Positions 35,192 to 45,272 of a stretch of DNA of 64,000 nt are shown here, piece by piece. The stretch spans positions 62,001-126,000 of the forward strand of contig NW_005201176.1 of NCBI RefSeq assembly GCF_000372725.1, written 5' to 3'. Position numbers and translations under genes: made by a program. The notes under the pieces are model-generated. The model worked only from the letters and a program-made list of their open reading frames with translations. It was not told where the DNA came from and did no database searches. This DNA comes from Emiliania huxleyi CCMP1516 (taxonomy: Eukaryota). Within the stretch, counting starts at the first letter, position 1; each line of letters begins with the position of its first letter.

Positions 35192-35900
35192 CGCGGCGAG
35201 CGTTCCCCACGTGGGGGCGAGGCCGACGCTAGCCGTCGAGGCCCCGTCGCCTCGTTTGCAGAGCACTGCCACATGTTCTTTTGCTGCCGGCGTGCGCTTG
35301 GTTGGGGTCGGCGGCAGCAGCGGGCGCCATGGACTGTGAAAGAGATTTGTTTTGTTTTCGAGAGGCGATGTGCTAGTTTCGATTTCACGATGAATAATAA
35401 CTAAAGAATTTTCCCTCCGGGCAGCGTGTCGCGCAACTTTACCCTCCCATACGTGTTTGTCCTCGGACATCACCATTTTGGCTCGCCAACAAGCAAACAC
35501 GCCCTCCGCGCCCCCCCTCTCAGATTTATTTTTTCTGCCTTTGCTCGACTTTCTGACCAGCGTTACACGGATACGCCTCATGCGCCCGCCCGACTCCGGT
35601 CCCAGAGTCCTTGGAGCACTTCGATTGATTGATTGGTCGCCCAGTTTTTTGTTTTAGATCGCCCTCGTTGTTAATAGTACAAACCCAATGGTCCCTTGCG
35701 AGCGGTCCTTCGTTGCAGTCGCACACACGCACACGCCGCGCCGCACCGCGCGCCCGCCCACTGCCCCGCCCAGGCAGGAAAGAAGATGAGGAGATGGGAC
35801 AGCAAAGGAGGAGCCACGAACACGTATGGGGGGGGCGAATTCTTTTTTTTTTCTGCCTGCTCGCTTTGTCTGCTCCTCGCTCACCAAAAACGCCGGCCCG

Positions 35901-36703
35901 ATGCTCCGCTTCCTGCTCTGCCTGTCGATGGCCGCCGCACAGCAACCGTACCCCGCGGAGTGGGGCCTGCCGCCCGTCGCCCAAACCCGCGACCTCGTGC
36001 CCCTCCCCGGCGGGTACGGCATGGGCTCGTCCACTCTCGCCCGGTGGATTGGGCAGAAGCTCAAGGAAGGCGGCGGCGCGCAGCTGGGCGAGACGTGCGA
36101 GGGCTTCAACGAGATGACCGGCAAACAATTCCCCGCGTGCGCTAGTGGGCTCGTCTGTCAGTCCTCCGGTTTGCGCGCCCGCCCCTCCGTCTTCGCCTGC
36201 GGCGCTCGGGCCTGCGGGTGCCCTAAATAGCAGCCCACCCCCAGCGATGCCACCCACCAGGCGGCATCTCGATCCCCGGCGCGGGCAAGAAGTGCATCAA
36301 GCCGCCGCGCACCATGCCGGGCGGGCTGCGCTCGCTCGACCCCGCCGACGCGCGCCTCGCTGAGGTGGTCGCTGAGGTGTACCAGACACAGGCGCTGGAG
36401 CGCGCGACGCAGGCGAGCGGGCGGAACGGCATGCTGACCTCCCGACCGACGGTTGTCGAGGCGGCCTCCCAGGTGCTCCCCCCCCCCCCACCCCCCTCCT
36501 GGCGGGCCGGCGGACCGAGGTGGTCGCTCCTCACCGGATCTGCACGCGCCATGCAGGTGGTCGCCGGCACGAACTACTTTGTCAAGCTCCGCCTCGCCAG
36601 CGGCGAGTACGCGCACGCGCGCATCTACGACCACTTCGGCAGCGTGACCCTCACGGCGGTGCAGGTGGCAAAGAGCGAGGCGGACCCGCTCAAGTACTTT
36701 TAG
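35901..36703 (+). CDS. Secreted cystatin-domain protein with a Cys-rich N-terminal module, 3 exons
   Basis: Signal peptide MLRFLLCLSMAAAQQ. GT-AG introns 36169-36260 and 36473-36556 join the exons in frame and restore MPGGL...SQVVAGTNYFVK...DPLKYF (stefin/cystatin motifs). Confidence 0.85.
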
Positions 36704-37379
36704 CTAGCCGCTGTGCGGTGGTGACAGGGTGGTGATCGCTCTTCGTGTCGCGGTCGGAGGCGCGCAATGCGTGGGTGATGGACTGCAGTCTGCACCGCTT
36801 TGAGCGCGCCTGTGGGTTCAGGCTCAAAGCATCTCCATTGTTGGCAGGCGTCGGTGTGTTAAATAGTGCGCAATCGTTGCGAATGCTATGTGTACTTGTG
36901 AGTTGTTTGTGTGATATTTGAATTTGTGCATGTGCCCTTATATAGACAATAGAGCCCGGCCAAACGCGTTGGAGGAGGAGCTGAATTCAGTGTTGCTAGT
37001 TGTTAACAGTAACATACCTAAAACTCGATATGCACAAGCGGAGCGGTAGCACCTGAGCTCCCGGGCGGCTGCGCCGTTCTCTCTCACAGCAGACAGGCTC
37101 GACACAGGTGCGAACTGGCGCGTGCTAGCACTATCACAGGCACACCAGACCGGAGCCGCCTAAGCGACTCCGCACAAAACCTCTCCGTGTGCGGTGTGCC
37201 TACTCTCTGGACCCTGGGCCCCTGCCTGCTCAGATATGGCATATGTAGAGATACAGGACGATGACCTTTTTGTCCCGGCCAGCAAGGCGCCTATCTATCC
37301 TGGTGTACGGCGAGGACATTGCACTGTCTGAACTAGGTTGGGCTACTACTACGTTGCATTGGGCAGGTGCCAGGTCGGA

Positions 37380-38704
37380 TCAACTCAGGTCAGAGATGAG
37401 ATCGGACAGGTCGGGCGAATCTGGCAGGTCCACGAGGTCACATGTCGAGCAACTCTCCTGGTCTCCTTGAGTCACTTGCCAGTGCGTATGCGCTTCGACG
37501 ATCGATCCATCGAACCACCTGTCCGCGAGATGCCCGCACCGGACCCACATCTCATCGTGCAGCCCGCCAAGGTGCGCGAGATCGTCAACGCGCTCGTTGT
37601 TGAGGTTCAGAGAGAGCTGGTCGAACAACTCAAAGGACAACAGAGCGTCTTCTTCTTCTTCGTATGAACTCGAGGTGCAAGATGAAGGAACCGCAGCCTT
37701 CGCCTTCTTCTTCTTGGACATTGCGCGTTTGGCGGGCGGCGTGAGGTAGTTGGCGACGTCGGTGGGGGGGCCTTCGGGAGACTCAGCGCGCGCAGCAAGC
37801 GCATAGATGGAGCTGCAGCCTGGAGGTGGACGGAAGCAGGCCGGGCTCGCAAAGCCAGCGGCGCCGCGGTTGCGTTTGGTTGGCGACTTGCAGGCCGGCG
37901 CCTCGATCGTTGACGCCGCCTCGACGGTCGTGATGACGGGGGAGTCCAAAAGGTCATTGGCGAAGGTGCCGTCAGGCACCTTAACGGTCGCGACGACGGG
38001 GTAGGGGAAGACAGGCTCCTCCATCGCAAAGGCACTTCGCTCCAAAAGGTCAGTGGCGAAGGTGCCGTCGTCGATGATCAGTGCGGGCAGGGAGCAGGAT
38101 TTCGCCTCGTCGGCTGAGGTCTTGCCTGTGGCCTCCTCAGCCTTCCCCGTCCCGATGGGGTCCACCTCGGGTCTTGCGAGGGATGGCGACCGCTTCTGCC
38201 GCCGCTTCTCGCGACGCATCCTCGCATTCCATCTATTCTTGATGGCATTGTCCGTACGGCCGGGCAACAGCGTCGTCATCTTGGACCACTTGGTGCCCAT
38301 CTCCTGCACAAGGTGCAAGATCAGCGCATCCTCCTCCACGGTCCATTCATCCTTGTTCACCCTCGGACAGAGCTGGTTGTGCCACCTACCAGCGGTGGTG
38401 GTGGTGGGGGGCGGCTCCGGGCTGGGAGGTTCTGGTGCTGGGCGGATAACTAGCCGTGCTGTGTGCCACGGGGCTCACACCTTTCGCGGCATTGCTTGCC
38501 AATCCTGCCAGGGAGGTGGGACGCGATTTTGCCCCACCGGTGCGAACCGAACCGCTGCACGAGCTCAAGGAGGCGGTCATCCTCGGCGGGCTGCCAAGGG
38601 CGTTTGGCCACGCGGAGGCCCCCCCCGGCAACATCCCTAGCAATATCCTCAGAAGCGTTCGCCTCGTGATCGGCCGTCTGCGTTCCACCAAGATGAGCCT
38701 CCAT
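37380..38704 (-). CDS. R2R3-Myb transcription factor, copy 2
   Basis: Second exon translation identical to copy 1; GPHRW changed to GSHRW in exon 1. Confidence 0.93.
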
Positions 38705-38743
38705 CGGACAGATGACTACTGCGCCCCTTTGACTGACCGACTG

Positions 38744-38866
38744 ACTTGAGCACTTGAGCACTGGATAGGGTCGATTCCGCGTGGTACGGGACCCCTCGAT
38801 CGTCTCGCCCTCCCTCACTGGAGTGTTCATTTGGGGGGGGTCATAACAAACACGGTACAGGATCGA
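38744..38866 (-). mobile_element. Retroposon 3' end (duplicate of 13856-13977) with TSD directly abutting the tail
   Basis: GACCGACTGACT on both sides. Confidence 0.85.
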
Positions 38867-39206
38867 CCGACTGACTCGATACTTTTGAGAAGGTCCCGGT
38901 GCCCAGCCCTAGCCCAGCTGCTTTGCCTTTGGGGGGGGTGAGGTAAGGCTCCGCGTTTCTTTTTGGCGACGCCTGGGTGTGAGGTTACCGACTTGAGCAC
39001 TTGAGCACTTGATAGGTCGATTCCGCCTGGGTAGCAGCCTCATACTCATTTTGTAATCTTGAAAATGGGCTTGCCCAAGCCGGGTTGTTTTTTCTGTGTA
39101 TACTCCTCAGGTATACTCCGCGTTTTTGGTATTGCAAAGACTACGGCCCAGCCGGTCGCGGCTCTCCCTTCCTCGTCAAAGCGGCGATCCATCCCCCACC
39201 GGGTCG

Positions 39207-40088
39207 TCATGTGAGGTGCAGCCCTCCGTCCACGGGAATGAAGGCGCCGGTGATGAGGCCCGTCTGCTCGGCGGCGAGGTAGGCGATGGTCTGCGCAATC
39301 TCGGACGCGTCGGCCCAGCGGCGCATCGGCGAGCGCGAGAGCATCTTCTCGTCGAGCAGCTTCCTCCCCACCTCCATGTCGCCCCTCCCCATGCCGAGCC
39401 GCGCCTTGTCCCACTCCTTTGTGTCTGTGTAGCCCGGCGAGACGGCGTTGACGCAGAGGCCGCGGCCGGCGAGGCGGAGCGCGTACATGCGCACCAGCCA
39501 CTCCATCGTCGCCTTGGCCTGCCCCGGCATGTCGTAGTTCACGCGCGGTATCTGCATCGTGTTGCAGCCCGGGTTGCTCACGGCTACGATCCGGCCCTCA
39601 CCGTCGGCCATGCGCGGGATGCACTCCTCGGCGAAGGCGATGAGCGCCTTTGGGTAGATCGACTGGTACTCGTCGTACATCGCAAAGGCGTCCTGCATGC
39701 TGCCGTCGAGGTGCGTGCTCAGCAGCCCCTCGTGGAAGAAGCCCGCCGCGTGCACAAAGCTCGCCACGCGGCCGTCCAGCTCGCCGTCGACCGCGGCGAA
39801 GACGGAGGCGACCGTCGTCTCGCGGCCCGCGTCGGTCGTCAGGTCGCCGCCGACCGTGACCACGCGCACGCCGTGGGCAGACTGCAGCTCCTCGGCGGCA
39901 GCCGCCGCCCGCGCGTCGTCGGCGCCGTACGCCAGGACGAGGTCGCTCCCGCGGGCGGCGAGGAGCCGCGCCGTGGCCAGGCCGATGCCACCGGTCCCGC
40001 CGGTGACCACAGCGACGCCGCGCCCGCCAGCTACGCTCCCCGCCCACAGGAGGAGCAGCGTGGCGCGCGCGCGGCGCGGTCGGGACAT
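39207..40088 (-). CDS. Short-chain dehydrogenase/reductase (SDR)
   Basis: VVTGGTGGIG, VHAAG, YDMPGQAK, VNAVSPGYTDT, ITGAFIPVDGG. Hydrophobic N-terminus. Confidence 0.92.
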   Translation of the reverse strand: MSRPRRARATLLLLWAGSVAGGRGVAVVTGGTGGIGLATARLLAARGSDLVLAYGADDARAAAAAEELQSAHGVRVVTVGGDLTTDAGRETTVASVFAAVDGELDGRVASFVHAAGFFHEGLLSTHLDGSMQDAFAMYDEYQSIYPKALIAFAEECIPRMADGEGRIVAVSNPGCNTMQIPRVNYDMPGQAKATMEWLVRMYALRLAGRGLCVNAVSPGYTDTKEWDKARLGMGRGDMEVGRKLLDEKMLSRSPMRRWADASEIAQTIAYLAAEQTGLITGAFIPVDGGLHLT

Positions 40089-40426
40089 CGACGATCAGGC
40101 ACCCCAGGCACACAAAAAAGAATTTTACAATAAACTCCCTCGCACAAAAAAGAACATGCACAGCGAAGCGGAGTTTTAAAAACAAGAAGATCCCGCTCGT
40201 GCAGGACAGGATCCCGCTCGTGGGGACCCTGTCCTTAAACAAAATGAACTCGGGGGCACGGGACGCGGCACAAACGGGGCACAAACGCCAGGCTACAAAG
40301 ACGGGGAGGCACGTAGTGACGCAGGGGAGTGGGTCCTTCTCCCACCCCTCGTTTGGCGTGCCCGTTTTATTTATTTATTTATTTAAAAACAAGAACCGAA
40401 AAGAACAAGGAAAAGAAATCGCGGGT

Positions 40427-40788
40427 AAAGAATTTTAAACGCAAACTCAGACAAAAGAAAGGGATCTCCCATCCAACCAAACTCGATCGATCGATCTCTC
40501 CCCCGCGTCATGCCACCCACCTCCTCCCGGTCTAGGATCCACCTCCTCCCGGTCTAGGATCCACCTCCTCCCGGCCTAGGATGCTCACGCGACACCCCAT
40601 GCGCTGGCCCTCGAGTTGGCCCCCCAGTCGGCGATCGCGCCGAGCGCCCGCAGCTTCGTTGCACGCGTGCTAGCACTATCACAGGCACACCCCAGGCACA
40701 CAAAAAAGAATTTTAAACGCAAACTCAGACAAAAGAAAGGGATCTCCCATCCAACCAAACTCGATCGATCGATCTCTCCCCCGCGTCA
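40427..40788. repeat. ~84-bp direct repeat pair (40427-40510, 40706-40788) enclosing a 3x22-bp tandem
   Basis: AAAGAATTTTAAACGCAAACTCAGAC...CCCCGCGTCA occurs twice. CCACCTCCTCCCGGTCTAGGAT x3 at 40517-40582. Confidence 0.9.
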
Positions 40789-41060
40789 GCTTGTTCTGTA
40801 GCACGTCCGCCGCCTTCCGGAGGATCTCACGGACCCCCTTTCCGAACCCGCCGAACGATTCGAACAGCAGCAGCTGCACTTCGACGCCCTTGTCTTCCCT
40901 GGCGTAGCGATAGTCCCCGCCGTAGGACGGTATGCGGCGGTCGCCGCCCACCACCCTGCCCCCCCTGGTATGCCAGCGCCCGGTCCCTTGCCCTCTCTCG
41001 CCCTTGCTCTTCCTCTCCCCCTCCATGCCGCCCCCCCCGTACCCCTCCCCCTCCCCTCCC
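40787..41060 (-). mobile_element. RLE-clade non-LTR retrotransposon fragment, copy 2
   Basis: GDYRYAREDKGVEVQLLLFESFGGFGKGVREILRKAADVLQNKL. Confidence 0.6.
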
Positions 41061-42003
41061 CCCCTCCTCCTCTCCCCCCCCCTCTCCCTCCCCCCCCCTC
41101 CCCCCCTCCCCCTCCTCGCAGTAGGGCCCATGCCCCATGACCATGTTCCGGTAGAATGATTCAGTGTTGCCGAAAGCGACAAAAGCGCCCTTCCGACCGT
41201 GCTCCCCGCTGCTGCTGAGGGGACAGACGACCTTGACGAGAATTCAACCGAGAGGGGCGAGCTGGGCGGTCTCTCAGAGTCTCTTCTCAGACGCGCAGCC
41301 AGGCCGGGTCCAAAATAGAGGTCACCTACTCGCTGCCCCCGGAGAGGGACGACGGGTATCGACGCGGCCCCAGCAAGGTGTACGCCAAGGTTCCCCAGGG
41401 GACCGTGGCGACGACCGTCGCCTCGGACTGGCTCGCAAACGAGCTGGCCGAGTATGGAGAGATTGATGCGGCATGCCGCGACAGATTTGTGATGCACCTG
41501 ATGACGGCCGCCGGCGCCTCGGCGCCGGCCGACGCCGTGTTCAGGTTCACAGCCGGCGAGGCGATGCAGACCTCTCGCCCGACCTCCGCGTCGGGCGAGG
41601 ACGACGACGAGGACACCGGCTCCGAGGAGTCTTCCGACGACAGGGCGTCCGACTAGCTGGCTTCACCCATATCTTACCCCTTCTGCCCCCCCCTCCTCCG
41701 ACCCCCCAGGCTAGATGGAGTAGTCAGATGTAGATTCTGCCCCACACAGCCCCTTACCCCTTCACCCTCGCCTCACTGCTTGGTGTTTCTGAACACGTAG
41801 TCGTCCACGCTGTGGGGGTTGTGTGTGGGTCCTGTGTCTGGGAGGGAGGGAGTGGGGTGCAGGTTGCTCACCCACGGCACCGGGCCGGTGCTTGCACTTT
41901 GAATGCCGTGGGGCTCCTGCCCGTGTCCGGGCGTGGAGATGCGAGGGTCGCCCCCCCTTGCCCCACCACTTTGTGTGTGTGGAGACGTTTACCTTACCTT
42001 ACC

Positions 42004-42435
42004 TTACCTCTTCTCTGCAGCATGGGCTGCGTCTGCTACGCTAAGAGTCGCCTCGAGCGCCGCCATGACGTCGCCGAGCCCCGCTTGAACCGCCGCAAGG
42101 TTGGCATGCGCCGGCCACAGGTTTGGGTTCCCGCGTATAGCGGCGTCAAAGTGGTCGATCGCCGCGAGGACCTCGCCTCGACTCTCGAGCACCGCACGCC
42201 CGGCCGCGTACTCGCTGTTCGGCGAGAGCCCGCTCCACAGGAGCCCGCCCGGGAGACGCCCGAGCAGAGCCGCGCCGCTGTACGCAGCAGATTGCCGCGC
42301 GCGAGTTAGCATCACCACGGCCGTCGCTGGCTCGCCTTGCTCGAGCGCCAGCAGGCCGCTGCGCTCGAGGCGGGAGCCGCACAGCGAGAGAGCGGCCGGG
42401 AGAGACACGGCGACTAGCAGCGATGCGACAACATG
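42004..42435 (-). pseudogene. TPR-like protein fragment
   Basis: AAIDHFDAAIRGNPNLWPAHANLAAVQAGLGD is a TPR-like helix pair. No in-frame ATG; it ends at a (CTTAC)n run. Confidence 0.5.
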
Positions 42436-42544
42436 GCGACGGAGAGCGAAGACGGGCCATGGCGGCGGCGCGCTTTCTTTTTGCGCAGCGGTGAACGAGC
42501 GCGCATGGTGCGAAAAAAGAAAAAGACATTTTCACGCCGCCGCC

Positions 42545-44119
42545 ATTACTCCCTCGCCAGACACGCCGCCGCCCGCCCGCCTCCTCGACCTCCCCAGGGA
42601 GCTCCTCGTGCGAGCCCTCTCTCGCTGCGACCCCCCCGACATCGCTCGCGCCGCGGCCGTCTCGCTGCTCTTCCACGCCTCACTCGCGGAGGACGGCATC
42701 CGCTTGTGGGCGCAGGAGCGCGGCTTCGAGCTGCCGGCGCTGCCAGAGAGCGAGGGCTGCGCCGTGCGGTGGCTGTGCTATTCGGCGCTGCTGCGCGCGT
42801 CCAACCCGCCGGCGAGGCTGGCGGTAGGCTATCGGCACAGCCTCTTCATTGACGGCGAGGGGCGGCTCTCGTCGTGCGGCTCAGCGTATGTCGAGCCAGG
42901 GCTCCTCGGGCACGGTGAGGGCGTGAGGCGGCTCAACACGCCGACGCGTCTCCCGTCAACCCTGGGAGGCGAGCGCGCCGTGAGCGTGTCGGCAAGCGCA
43001 CTCCACAGCCTGGCCCTCACCACCGACGGCGCTGCCTGGAGCTGGGGCGATGGAGTTGGCCAGCTGGGCCACGGTGACGAGCAGACCCAGAAGATCGAGG
43101 CCTTGGCTGGGCAGCGCGTCGTCGCTGTGACGGCAGCTGACCAGCACAGCCTCGCCATCACCGCCGACGGAGCCGTTTGGAGCTGGGGCAATGGACGTTT
43201 TGGCCAGTTGGGCCACGGCGACAAGCAAAACCAGCTGCTGCCAAAGAAGGCTGAGGCATTCGCGGCGCATCGCGCCATCGCTGTGTCGGTTGGAGGCAGC
43301 CACAGCCTCGCCCTCACCGCCGACGGCGCTGTCTGGAGCTGGGGCAGTGGAACCCTCGGCCGGTTGGGCCACGGCGACCAGCAGCACCAGCTGCTGCCGA
43401 AGAAGATCGAGGCGTTGGCGGGAAGGCGCGTCGTCGCTGTGTCGGCTGGACGCGTCCGCAACCTCGCCCTCACCGCCGACGGCGCCGTCTGGAGCTGGGG
43501 CAGTGGACTCTTTGGCCGGCTGGGCCACGGCGACACGCAGGACCAGCTGCTGCCCAAGAAGATCGAGGCCTTTGCTGGCCAGCGCGTCGTCGCTGTCTCG
43601 GCTGGAGCCCGCCACAGCCTCATCCTCACCGCCGACGGCGCCCTCTGGAGCTGGGGCGATGGAAGCTTTGGCAAGCTCGGCCACGGCGACCGGCAGAGCC
43701 AGCTGCTGCCCAAGAAGATCGAGGCCTTTGCTGGCCAGCGCGTCGTCGCTGTCTCGGCGGGATGTCTGCACAACCTCGCCCTCACCACCGACGGCGCTGT
43801 ATGGAGCTGGGGCGATGGAGACTATGGCAGGCTGGGCCACGGCGACGAGCAGCGCCAGCTGCTGCCCAAGAAGATTGAGGCCTTGGCTGGCCAGCGCGTC
43901 GTCGCTCTGTCGACTGGAGATGGCCACAGCCTCGCCATCACCGACGATGGCGCTGTCTGGAGCTGGGGCAGTGGACGCGATGGCCAGCTAGGCCACCGCG
44001 ACCGGGAGCGCCAGCTCGAGCCCAAGAAGATCGAGGTGTGGGCAAGCCGGCCGCCCACGCCTGCTTCCTCTGACGGAGAGGACAGCAGCGAGGGAGACGA
44101 CATCGATTCGGACGAGTAG
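42545..44119 (+). CDS. F-box-like + RCC1-repeat protein, paralog of 1273-2778, with no ATG
   Basis: PSPDTPPPARLLDLPRELLVRALS followed by intact RCC1 repeats. The expected start position reads GCCGCC-ATT. Confidence 0.8.
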   Translation: MTPSPDTPPPARLLDLPRELLVRALSRCDPPDIARAAAVSLLFHASLAEDGIRLWAQERGFELPALPESEGCAVRWLCYSALLRASNPPARLAVGYRHSLFIDGEGRLSSCGSAYVEPGLLGHGEGVRRLNTPTRLPSTLGGERAVSVSASALHSLALTTDGAAWSWGDGVGQLGHGDEQTQKIEALAGQRVVAVTAADQHSLAITADGAVWSWGNGRFGQLGHGDKQNQLLPKKAEAFAAHRAIAVSVGGSHSLALTADGAVWSWGSGTLGRLGHGDQQHQLLPKKIEALAGRRVVAVSAGRVRNLALTADGAVWSWGSGLFGRLGHGDTQDQLLPKKIEAFAGQRVVAVSAGARHSLILTADGALWSWGDGSFGKLGHGDRQSQLLPKKIEAFAGQRVVAVSAGCLHNLALTTDGAVWSWGDGDYGRLGHGDEQRQLLPKKIEALAGQRVVALSTGDGHSLAITDDGAVWSWGSGRDGQLGHRDRERQLEPKKIEVWASRPPTPASSDGEDSSEGDDIDSDE

Positions 44120-44399
44120 GAAGCAAGTCGGCATTTTGTCCCGCTGGTGCTGCGGCTTGCTTGCATCTTGCACTGCTGCACCTCCCAGAACCTTTATGTG
44201 AGAGAGGACAGGCGCACCCCCCCCCCCCACCACACACACACACCCAACCGACTACCATGGCGCAACCAACCCGAGACGAGACCTCGACCCGCACGCAGAG
44301 GTTCTAGACCACGCCGCCATGCCTCGGGATAGCGTGGGGCGCTGCTAGAACACGCCGCCATGCCTCGGGATAGCAGCGGCACGAGTTCTTTTTTTTTGA

Positions 44400-44529
44400 G
44401 TGCACCTCGATCCTGTACCGTGTTTGTTATGACCCCCCCCAATGAACACACCAGTGAGGGAGGGCGAGACGATCGGAGGGGTCCCGTACCATGCGGAATC
44501 GACCCTATCAAGTGCTCAAGTGCTCAAGT
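44400..44529 (+). mobile_element. Retroposon 3' end with (AGTGCTCA)n tail
   Basis: Matches the family consensus through the tail. Confidence 0.85.
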
Positions 44530-44584
44530 AGATCTAGATCTTTCAATTGTGCAATGGCGTCCGCGGTCCCGAGATATTACGTAA

Positions 44585-45103
44585 CAAAGGTTCTCTGGAC
44601 GCTCCACAAACCCCATTGCCTTTGCTCTGGCAACGACCTTCCCTGCCAGCCTCACCTCCATCGGCAGAGGCGCCTTCGCCAGCTGCTCCTCGCTCGCCCA
44701 TGTCACCCTCCCAGCCGGCCTCACCTCCATCGGCGACGAAGCCTTCTTCGGCTGTTCCTCGCTCGTCTCCATCGACCTCCCTGCCAGCCTCACCTCCATC
44801 GGCGATCACGCCTTCTCCTTCGCCCTCGCCCGCGTCACCTTCCCCGCCGGCCTCACCTCCATCGGCGACTGTGCCTTCTGCAACTGCTCCTCCCTCGCCT
44901 CTGTCACGCTGCCGCTGCCCGATGGCCTCTCGATTGGCGACGATGCCTTCTTCGACTGCCCCCTCAACGACGAGGCGAAAGCAGCAGTTCGGGCCATCAA
45001 CTTTTGGGCGGTGCGCGGCTTCCGATCGACGCGCAGGGGCACGCCACACTGTGCCGGAGGGCATCACCCCTTCATGAACGCGCTTATGATCGAGGTACGG
45101 TAA
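44585..45103 (+). pseudogene. BspA-type (LRR_5) leucine-rich-repeat gene fragment
   Basis: A frame absent from the ORF track reads PASLTSIGRGAFASCSSLAHVTLPAGLTSIGDEAFFGCSSLVSIDLPASLTSIGDHAF... There is no in-frame ATG after the stop at 44582. Confidence 0.85.
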
Positions 45104-45272
45104 TATGATATTATTAGTACCGGTACTCGTGCCGACGAAAATGGTGTTACTCATCGCAAAGGCCATAACCCGGACACCAGAGACCACGCTATGCCTATGG
45201 GACGCGCGCAGCTTGCTTTTGCTCGGCAACATATGCGCCATGCAAAAGAATTCTTAGTACTTAGGAAACCTG

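Noticed and set aside
41121..41656. Possible 3' gene fragment after the RLE repeat
   Set aside because: Coding-like but frameshifted, start-less and not assignable to a family.
44543..45241. Minus-strand 232-aa Gly/Glu-rich ORF
   Set aside because: Antisense shadow of the plus-strand BspA-type LRR frame.
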